Positions 34,950-35,042 of a stretch of 35,042 nt of DNA are shown here, one piece after another. Positions within the stretch are counted from its first letter, which is position 1. Each line of letters begins with the position of its first letter. Source of the DNA: Octopus bimaculoides (lineage: Eukaryota); the NCBI RefSeq assembly GCF_001194135.2, contig NC_068982.1, forward strand, positions 9,513,560-9,548,601. The letters are read 5' to 3'. The notes under the pieces are model-generated. The model ran no database searches. It worked only from the letters and a program-made list of their open reading frames with translations, and had not been told where the DNA came from. A program made the translations under genes and the position numbers.

Positions 34950-35042
34950 TGCGCCTACATACCTATTGTATGTATTCATGGATGTATTTATGCATGTATA
35001 TATCTATTCACACATGTATTATGTATATATATATATATATAT
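34950..35042. repeat. (TATG)/(TA)n microsatellite
   Basis: Direct reading. Confidence 0.85.

Overview
AT-rich eukaryotic (animal) DNA from a gapped draft assembly, with 7 N-gaps, all but one next to microsatellites. The tRNA-derived SINE families and very high microsatellite density point to a cephalopod, most likely Octopus (inference from repeat content, no search run). I see no intact protein-coding gene, rRNA, true tRNA or CRISPR array; most ORFs in the track are microsatellite or gap artefacts. Supported content: about 19 SINE copies or fragments from three tRNA-headed families plus one hybrid; a fossil DD37D/maT-type Tc1/mariner transposase; two TIR-bounded mariner derivatives with TA target-site duplications (one a fold-back of two right ends); the 3' end of an L1/Tx1-like LINE inside a (TATC)n tract; and a decayed RTE LINE whose 5' part is inverted relative to its 3' end, with a duplicated breakpoint. 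The most interesting signal is at the start of the window: a minimal type I hammerhead ribozyme fold (49-107) with a palindromic helix III, capping a roughly 125-nt rod and followed by four hairpins. This resembles a Penelope-like terminus or retrozyme. Two further degenerate hammerhead-like motifs and two weak candidate exon/promoter regions are flagged at low confidence.
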